Positions 8,942 through 14,850 of a DNA stretch of 14,850 bases are shown in pieces. The first letter of the stretch is position 1, and each line of letters opens with the position of its first letter. Source of the DNA: an uncultured Nitrososphaerales archaeon (GTDB lineage Archaea > Thermoproteota > Nitrososphaeria > Nitrososphaerales > Nitrososphaeraceae); contig CAVPXM010000004.1 in assembly GCA_963709405.1 (NCBI GenBank), positions 1-14,850 of the forward strand, given 5' to 3'. The translations under genes were made by a program, and so were the position numbers. A model generated the notes under the pieces. The model saw only the letters and a list, made by a program, of their open reading frames with translations, made no database searches and was not told the DNA's origin.

Positions 8942-9073
8942 GTAAGGTTATAATTTTAACCCGGTGAATGAATTCAGAAAATCTGATTTGTTTGTTCTTC
9001 TACTTTCCTCTTATCGCTGTAGCCAGAAACTTAAGCATGCACGCCCTTCAATGTTCCAGCCAGGTTCCCAGTT

Positions 9074-9088
9074 AATATCGCTAGCGAT
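9074..9088. repeat. Palindromic element, copy 2 (AATATCGCTAGCGAT)
   Basis: Identical to 6283-6297. Core ATCGCTAGCGAT (9077-9088) is a 12 bp palindrome. Confidence 0.6.
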
Positions 9089-9169
9089 TTGTGTGTGATT
9101 TTAAGGTAATGATTGAGAAAAATGGTCCAAGTCAATCAATCATCCTCAAGCAGACCTGACCACTATCAT

Positions 9170-9301
9170 TTAAAATATTATACTACGTTGATCCGGGTTC
9201 GGTGGTATGAGAGACAGATTTACTTTTGGTTCCTCTTTTTTCTTACTAATTATGGTCTTTCCGCATAAAGCACATTTAATTTGAGATTTTCGCCTTATCA
9301 T
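9170..9301 (-). pseudogene. Truncated 5' piece of a CxxC (possibly TRASH/YHS-like) protein
   Basis: MIRRKSQIKCALCGKTIISKKKEEPK... begins with an ATGA overlap on the stop of ORF 9298..9480. Only one CxxC is present, so the partner ligands appear lost. Confidence 0.4.
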
Positions 9302-9480
9302 CCTTTTAAAATGTATGTATTACCATTGTTGGTCTTGTTGGTAGTGGTCCTTTGCTTGTTTACCTCTCTTATTATCTGCTGCAAATACTCTTTGACATCC
9401 TCCTCTGAAAGAGAAGATTGAATCCCAGTTTCTTCTGCCATTCTGTCTTGATTTCGTTTTGTGAATGTTATAACTTTCAT
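9298..9480 (-). pseudogene. C-terminal remnant of a Nitrososphaeraceae-type membrane protein
   Basis: EETGIQSSLSEEDVKEYLQQIIREV matches, from memory, the conserved tail of large thaumarchaeal multi-TM hypothetical proteins. There is no TM region upstream because a different gene fragment occupies that DNA. Confidence 0.5.
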
Positions 9481-9946
9481 TAACTCTGGTCTGTATTCAA
9501 CAAATTCTGCTCCTTACGGTATTCCCTATCAGCAGTGGACAGAAAGACTCTGACAGTGGGACTTTTCTATACCTACTGCTCAACATCCAAAGGATAATTA
9601 TACTCCTGAGAAATGTGCAAACGGACAAAATGGGCCTGTATGGTTCTTGACTAAAGTGCTTAGTGGGACTCAACAAAGAACATGTACTATTCCGGCTGGA
9701 AAGTCTATTGTGGCTGCTCTGCTGGATGGAGAATGTGACCGTAGCGACCCCACTTTGCACAATGATCAAGAGGTGCGTAAATGGACTACAGAAGGTAACG
9801 ACTATGGTATGATTGGTGCAACCCTTGATGGAGTTAGAATCCAGAATTTGGATCAATACCGAATAGATTCAGGATTCTATAACATAACTATTCCAGCGGA
9901 TAATATTTTCAAGGAAAAACCTGGCACGTACAGGGCGTTTACCAAT
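9479..9946 (+). pseudogene. Internal fragment of a secreted Cys/Trp-rich hypothetical protein, with a nonsense codon
   Basis: One frame reads INSGLYSTNSAPYGIPYQQWTERL*QWDFSIP...KCANGQNGPVWFL...RTCTIPAGKSI...GECD...RAFTN. TGA 9551-9553 sits where W of a WWQW motif is expected. Start, signal peptide and C-terminus are absent. ORF 9647..9964 is its 3' part. Confidence 0.75.
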
Positions 9947-10151
9947 GTTATCTATATAGTATGATGCTTTTCCGAGGCCTTCATGCAATGGACCAGGCCA
10001 TGAAGCTATTAATGCCGTAAAGTCCATCTGGTTTAACATTAGTTCCATAACTACCAGTTACTATATGGTATCCAGCTACTCCTTCACAATTACCATGAGT
10101 TGGTTTAGCATTAAACTGACAAGGACATCCCCAGTCACAATTACAGACTCC
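9947..10151 (-). pseudogene. DUF1326 family N-terminal fragment, frameshifted
   Basis: GVCNCDWGCPCQFNAKPTHGNCEGVAGYHIVTGSYGTNVKPDGL, frameshift at about 10019, then TALIASWPGPLHEGLGKASYYIDN. CxCxxxCPC and WPGPxHEG are DUF1326 hallmarks. No start codon. Not in the ORF track. Confidence 0.8.
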
Positions 10152-10424
10152 TAGTTGAAAGCTTTTCTTATATTTGAATTATTTAATCCTTAAAACTGAA
10201 AAGTAGTACCAACTTTGTATGAATTTCTCAGACATAGTTTCAATGATTCTATTTCTAAACCTGATAAATCTCGTTAAATTATCTATTTTATTTTTTCTCA
10301 TAAAGTTAGTGCTGTTATGGTCTTGTGGAGCGTCCCTGTATTGTACATTTCTTGATTTGAAGCCTGTTTATCATGACACACGAAAATCTGTATTTGTACT
10401 TATCCTTTGGGTCTTCTCGATACA

Positions 10425-11165
10425 TTACTGTAAGTCAGTCGATGTAATAGCTGCAGAACGTTTGATTATAAGGTCATGATACTCTGAAAAGCGGTCTTCA
10501 AGATTTTCTGGAACAGCCTTATAAAGACATAGTACAGTTATAGGCATTTCAAATCCTTTTATTGCTTCATTACCCATGTTTTCAAGTTGGAGAGCGTCCT
10601 CATATCTTCCCTGTTCGATTAATTTAGTTGGCAAAGTGGCCAAGACATTTAGCCCATTTTTTGATTTCTGTTTTGCCAGTTCCCCAATATCACGCATACT
10701 ATTAAGACTTGGTATAGCAGAAAAGCTGCCGTCATCATAAAAACCTTCATCAGCTGGGATTATCATTATATCTTGTGAGTTGAATATGAGATTTACATTT
10801 CCGACTCTGTCAATTGATTCTATGAATTTCTGTTGCTCTTTTGTGTAGATAAGCAAGACATTAATCTGATTGCGATCAATGCCTCGTCTTACATATGCAT
10901 TAACAATCTCCTTAAATTGCGATTCATTGTTATATGTTAAGACGATATGGTCACGATCCTTCATTTCTAAGATAATATCACTTACATAATCCATCTTGTT
11001 GTATAAAGCTTCTTGCTCATCGAGGAATTGATTTATTGCGTGTCTTAGGAGCTCAGGTTTACTAGACATACCCATACTTTTGGCCCTAGGTGTTTGCAGG
11101 AATTGATCCAGTCTTTTGATCAGAAGTTTTGGAAGGTGGACATAATACCAATCCTTACGTCCCAT
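10425..11165 (-). CDS. Ribbon-helix-helix + MEDS (DcmR sensory) domain one-component regulator
   Basis: N-terminal RHH pattern WYYVHLPKLLIKRLDQFL...SKPELLRHAINQFL. C-terminal MEDS pattern DHIVLTYNN...YVRRGI...ALQLE...ITVLCLY...HDLII. Confidence 0.78.
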   Translation of the reverse strand: MGRKDWYYVHLPKLLIKRLDQFLQTPRAKSMGMSSKPELLRHAINQFLDEQEALYNKMDYVSDIILEMKDRDHIVLTYNNESQFKEIVNAYVRRGIDRNQINVLLIYTKEQQKFIESIDRVGNVNLIFNSQDIMIIPADEGFYDDGSFSAIPSLNSMRDIGELAKQKSKNGLNVLATLPTKLIEQGRYEDALQLENMGNEAIKGFEMPITVLCLYKAVPENLEDRFSEYHDLIIKRSAAITSTDLQ

Positions 11166-11173
11166 AACATGAG

Positions 11174-11195
11174 TAGTTACTATGTGCTATTATAG
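11174..11195 (-). promoter_or_regulatory. TATA box and candidate autoregulatory operator of the RHH-MEDS gene
   Basis: Minus strand CTATAATAG (11195-11187) lies about 25 nt before the ATG. The quasi-palindrome TAGTAACTA (11182-11174) lies between it and the start. Confidence 0.4.
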
Positions 11196-11502
11196 TATTG
11201 GCTTGGCTGTATGCTGTATGAATTGATATGGAAATTACTACTTCTTAGAGAACTGTTATAGGCCTTGGAGAACAAATTACCTTATTCACTGTAATTGTCT
11301 AACCAGACATTTGTTCTAACAGAATAAAAATGGAGAGAAGGAATTGTAATGATGAGTTTAACTATAATGGCGTATGTTCTCTGATTAAACCACAGACAAT
11401 ATGTATCTTATATTAATGTTTCTATAAGCATGTGTGATGTCTCCATAAGAGTCAGACAAGAGGAGGAGATTCTTTCTTTAAAGGCTATTTAATAAAAAAT
11501 AG

Positions 11503-11559
11503 AGAATGTGAAAAAATAAAGAGGAATAAGAATTATTTTTGCTCTTTTTATTACATTCT
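11503..11559 (-). terminator. Imperfect hairpin with T tracts downstream of the methyltransferase
   Basis: AGAATGT (11503-11509) pairs with ACATTCT (11553-11559), with inner AAAGAG/CTCTTT. The minus strand has T6 tracts within and after it. Confidence 0.45.
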
Positions 11560-11572
11560 ATCCATAATCTAA

Positions 11573-12679
11573 CTATGGTTTGGCTTCATAAACTATGTTT
11601 AATGGTGTCTCAAGCACTCTTTTGAAGTGAGAAAAGCCACTCTTCATTGCTACATCTTTTATTCTGTTTTCTCCTGCTTGTGCTCCCAGTGCAGGTCCAT
11701 TGAAAGCTAATGAATTGGGAACACATATTAGCGTAGAGGCAGCATAAAACGTACTTGCCACTGGATTTACATTATTTTCTAATTCATTTTGTGCAAATGG
11801 CTCTACAATCATGCAAGTACCACTATTACTACTATCGCCACCACCATCATCTTTCTTGATAACGTTTCTTGTATGAGTTAATGCTCCTTCAGGATCTCCC
11901 ATATCATGCAGGCAGTCAAAAAATGTTACAAAATCATAGCCACTCCCTGGAAATTCTGAAGCTGACGATACTTCAAATTTTGCATTATTTATTTTCTCTT
12001 TTTTTGCAGATTCCTTTGCTTTTTCAATTGATTCTTTGTGAAAATCAAATCCTGTAAAAGTAGAATTTGGATATTTTTTTGCCATCATCAAAGTAGTAAT
12101 ACCAAAACCACAGCCAACATCTGCTACTCTAGCACCTTTTTTTAGTTTTTCAAGAACATTTCCATTATCTACTATTGGAATCCACAAATTAATCAAGTTA
12201 CCAATGTAACCGGATTTGAAGAATTCAGCAAAGCCTTCCGCCATGAAAGGATTATGATCCATCCACGAAAGAGTTCTTTCTCCTCTAAACATCTTTAAGA
12301 ATTCCTCTTCATCCTTAAAGTATGACTTTATAGCTTTGAAAATACCTTGTAGATATATGGGACTATTTTCATCAGCTAATGCTAAAGCGTGTTCTGGGGG
12401 TAATCTGTACTTTCTGCTGTTAGGATCATACTCTATATATCCACTTGCTACCTGATTTGCTAACCATTCCCTCACCAACCTTTCAACAGTTCCAGTTTTA
12501 TCAGCAAGTTCTTTGACTGAGACTGGGCTGTTTGCTTGCGCCATAGCTCTATACAAGCCAAGTCTTTCTCCAATAATTACAAGCATGGCAGTAGAGCTAC
12601 CTGCTATATCTCCTATTGCTTTATTCATGAATTGTTGGATTTTGTTTTGATCAATAGCATTTTGAGCTTGTTGACTCAT
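11573..12679 (-). CDS. Class I SAM-dependent methyltransferase with N-terminal winged helix (Rv2258c-like)
   Basis: IGERLGLYRAM...ELADKTGTVERLVREWL (wHTH); VADVGCGFG motif I; TGFDFH; FFDCLHDMGDP; LGAQAGE. Confidence 0.93.
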   Translation of the reverse strand: MSQQAQNAIDQNKIQQFMNKAIGDIAGSSTAMLVIIGERLGLYRAMAQANSPVSVKELADKTGTVERLVREWLANQVASGYIEYDPNSRKYRLPPEHALALADENSPIYLQGIFKAIKSYFKDEEEFLKMFRGERTLSWMDHNPFMAEGFAEFFKSGYIGNLINLWIPIVDNGNVLEKLKKGARVADVGCGFGITTLMMAKKYPNSTFTGFDFHKESIEKAKESAKKEKINNAKFEVSSASEFPGSGYDFVTFFDCLHDMGDPEGALTHTRNVIKKDDGGGDSSNSGTCMIVEPFAQNELENNVNPVASTFYAASTLICVPNSLAFNGPALGAQAGENRIKDVAMKSGFSHFKRVLETPLNIVYEAKP

Positions 12680-12703
12680 CTCAAGGGCGTATCATGATAA
12701 TAT

Positions 12704-12710
12704 TATTTAA
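12704..12710 (-). promoter_or_regulatory. Archaeal TATA box, probable leaderless transcript of the methyltransferase
   Basis: Minus strand TTAAATA, 25-31 nt before ATG 12679. Confidence 0.55.
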
Positions 12711-12771
12711 GATATTGCACTTACCTGCGCCTTACTGTAAGCCAAAAATTTTCAGCAAGTGCAGGACTTAC

Positions 12772-13029
12772 TTCCATATGGAAGGAGTCTATTTCCTCAG
12801 AGGTTCTCTTTCCTACTTCTAAGTACTTTTCTTGTTCTGTACCTTCTTCTATCACCATTGTATCTGAATCTCATGCTTTTCTTTCCATTAAACTCAGCTT
12901 CAACTTGCTCAATTTTTTCTGGAAATGAATTAAAGTATTTTCTTCTCACCGGATTGCAGCTTGATAAATTTGTTCTCCCTTTGTCTTAATTCTGCATTCC
13001 TCTGAATATTCTCTTTTGCTTTCGTACAT
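12772..13029 (-). pseudogene. Degraded small hypothetical gene, possibly an OB-fold ssDNA-binding-like family
   Basis: Stitched frames: AKENIQRNAELRQRENKFIKLQSGEKKIL*F / FPEKIEQVEAEFNGKKSMRFRY / VIEEGTEQEKYLEVGKRTSEEIDSF. Stop at 12930-12932 plus at least two frameshifts. Family recalled from Nitrososphaeraceae hypotheticals; the fold is inference. Confidence 0.55.
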
Positions 13030-13201
13030 AATTGTGTTTGTTGTCTGAGTACGACTTGACCTTTGGACCACATCAATGACGCTGCGGAGAACGAAGGGAG
13101 TTTTTGGGTAGCAGTGGAAAAGTGCTGCGGAATTCATAGTTTTTTGTTTTGACTGAGCACTTATCTTATCTACGGTTGGTCTTAGCCCACGACCCTTCAC
13201 C

Positions 13202-13209
13202 TTTTTATA
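13202..13209 (+). promoter_or_regulatory. Archaeal TATA box for the LLM gene
   Basis: TTTTTATA ending 28 nt before ATG 13237. Confidence 0.55.
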
Positions 13210-13236
13210 GGATATATTAGATTACTATGTATCCAA

Positions 13237-14197
13237 ATGAAGCAAACTATTGGCTTCGGACTACATTTACCAATTATAAAATTTAAGGGGGAAGCAGATC
13301 ATTCGAGAGAGCAAATACTTTCCTTTGCTAAAAAAGCAGAATATCTAGATTATGATTATTTAGGTGTAAATGATCATATTGTATTTAGGACCACAAGTTG
13401 GCTTGATGCATTAACTACATTATCTGCAGTTGCTGCTATCACCAGTAAGATAAAAATCGGGACTTCTATATTGAATATAGTTGTAAGAAATCCTTTTGTC
13501 TGTGCCAAGGCTTTAACTGGGATCGATATTTTGTCCTCAGGGAGACTATTCGCAGGAGTTGGTCCTGGTTCCTACAAAGGAGACTATGATGTTTGTGGAA
13601 TTGCTTTTGAGGATAGATGGAAAAGATTTGATGAAGCATTACAAGTTCTGAATTTACTTTGGGAGCGAAAGAGTGAAAATGAAGTAGATTATAATGGTCA
13701 GTACCTACAAGTTTAAAAAAGTAGTTGTTGCGCCCACACCATTTCAAAAGCCCCATCCTCCCATATTGATTGGAAGCTGGGGTTCTTCAGAACCAGGTCT
13801 CCGAAGAGTAGCAAAGTACGGCGACGGCTGGATGGCGTCCGCTTATAATATAACACCAGATAAATTCAAGGAGAAATGGAAGACGCTTCTATCCTATAGG
13901 AAAGACATGGGCAAGGATACTACTAGATTTGGTAACTATCTTGTGTCGATGTTTGGCTATATTGATAACAATAAAGAAAGAATTAACAAGATGGTAAAAG
14001 ATGTATTGTCTCCTGCTCTTGGAAGACCAGCAGATGAGTTAGAGCGCTTGCTTCTCTTTGGATCTGTAGATGAATGTATTAAAAAGATAAAGGCTTTTCT
14101 TGAAGCCGGAGTAAATAGTATTCACTTCTGGCCCGTAAACAATTACGTTGAACAAATAGAGATTTTCAGTAAGGAAATAGTCTATTCTTTTCGATAG
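13237..14197 (+). pseudogene. LLM class flavin/F420-dependent oxidoreductase interrupted by a 1-nt insertion (possibly a sequencing error)
   Basis: NDHIVF, DALTTLSAVAAITSKIKIGTSIL, IDILSSGRLFAGVGPG, then PFQKPHPPILIG and RRVAKYGDGW. CAG TAC C TAC AAG TTT shows an extra C at 13704-13705. Removing it fuses ORFs 13237..13716 and 13694..14197. Confidence 0.9.
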
Positions 14198-14210
14198 GCA
14201 ATTGATAGAC

Positions 14211-14411
14211 TTATTTGTGACTGCTCTTAGGGGATTCTAAGAAACCAGAAAGCGTACGTTGGTTGGAATCATGCGCTGGGTATTGCTCCTGCTCTTGCTC
14301 TTGATGTGGCTCTTGTCCTTCTTCTTTCTCTTCCCATTTGGCTTCTGATAACCCTAACACGTTCCGAAACATAATCGTGGTACCAGCCTCGGCCAATTCT
14401 AAGAACATCAC
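14211..14411 (-). CDS. Hypothetical 66 aa ORF or gene remnant with Glu/Gln-rich tail
   Basis: EEKEEGQEPHQEQEQEQ low-complexity tail. The frame stays open upstream without an ATG, and it converges on the LLM gene. Confidence 0.3.
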   Translation of the reverse strand: MMFLELAEAGTTIMFRNVLGLSEAKWEEKEEGQEPHQEQEQEQYPAHDSNQRTLSGFLESPKSSHK

Positions 14412-14850
14412 GTCTCTGGTGTCAGTATTACAAAATCCTAAGAAAGCATATGTGTAACGCCATGAACTGGGGGAATGATTGAAATTCAGGCCTTATTATT
14501 TGGATTATTCGAGCTTTTCATCTATGGACCACCTTCTAAATCGTGCAACAGATAATTTATTACAGGCATTACCATCCCATCGTTGTATATCTCGACTACC
14601 TGCCCACATTTCGAATTCATAGTTTCTGGATTCTTAGCCCAACAGGGATGCATAGTTGCGTTATGTCAAGGGTTTGTTTTTTTTGTTCGTTAGAAAATCC
14701 GCAAATTGCATAAATTTAAAGATTTTGCATCCAAAGAGTATGGATTAGCTTATTTAGAGAAATTGAATCCTCAATAGAAAGCTGTGAAGCATCATATTTC
14801 CTTCAATTTTGTTTTGGTACTGATATTAACTAACTATGTAACAATTACAA

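Noticed and set aside
8747-9170. Type II toxin-antitoxin module built on the AbrB-like gene
   Set aside because: No PIN, MazF or other toxin ORF lies downstream.
9191-9205. CCGGGTTCG resembling a tRNA T-arm (possible att site)
   Set aside because: No complementary T-stem, acceptor stem or cloverleaf.
10219-10479. 86 aa hydrophobic + strand ORF
   Set aside because: The hydrophobicity reflects T-rich DNA, it overlaps the MEDS gene antisense, and it has no motif.
13699-13722. Programmed -1 frameshift at TTTAAAAAA in the LLM gene
   Set aside because: The required shift is +1, and the lesion maps upstream at TAC C TAC, where removing one C restores YYKF.
4546-13756. ORFs 4546..4731, 7987..8178, 9497..9856, 11869..12057 and 13466..13756
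   Set aside because: All are antisense to better-supported genes or remnants and lack recognisable motifs.
7260-14845. 14 bp match AACTATGTAACAAT at 7260-7273 and 14832-14845
   Set aside because: AT-rich and non-palindromic. The second copy is at the window edge so its context cannot be judged; compatible with chance.
1-14850. CRISPR array, IS/transposase, integrase, rRNA or tRNA
   Set aside because: No regularly spaced repeats, no DDE/tyrosine/serine recombinase motifs and no structural RNA signatures seen by eye.

Overview
AT-rich accessory region that reads as archaeal, most likely a soil ammonia-oxidising archaeon (Nitrososphaeraceae). This assignment is inferred from TATA boxes about 25-30 nt before start codons, two C2H2 zinc-finger proteins, a MEDS protein and recalled family motifs. 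Intact genes are a CBS + C2H2 protein, a CatE-like two-domain VOC enzyme, a small VOC protein, a C2H2-finger hypothetical, an isochorismatase-family hydrolase, a divergent Zn-ribbon/AbrB-like pair, an RHH-MEDS regulator and a wHTH-SAM methyltransferase. Three genes are split. A GC-rich M20 amidohydrolase lacks its catalytic EE motif through an apparent microhomology deletion. An HtrA protease and an LLM oxidoreductase each carry one extra base in a CCTA context. The apparently intergenic DNA hides several gene remnants that the ORF track misses, including a mosaic of abutting fragments at about 9170-10151. It also holds repeated palindromic motifs. I found no tRNA, rRNA, CRISPR array, transposase or integrase. 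I cannot demonstrate a complete new system. The best leads are the fragment mosaic, the palindrome-bounded 2.8 kb segment and the RHH-MEDS regulator.
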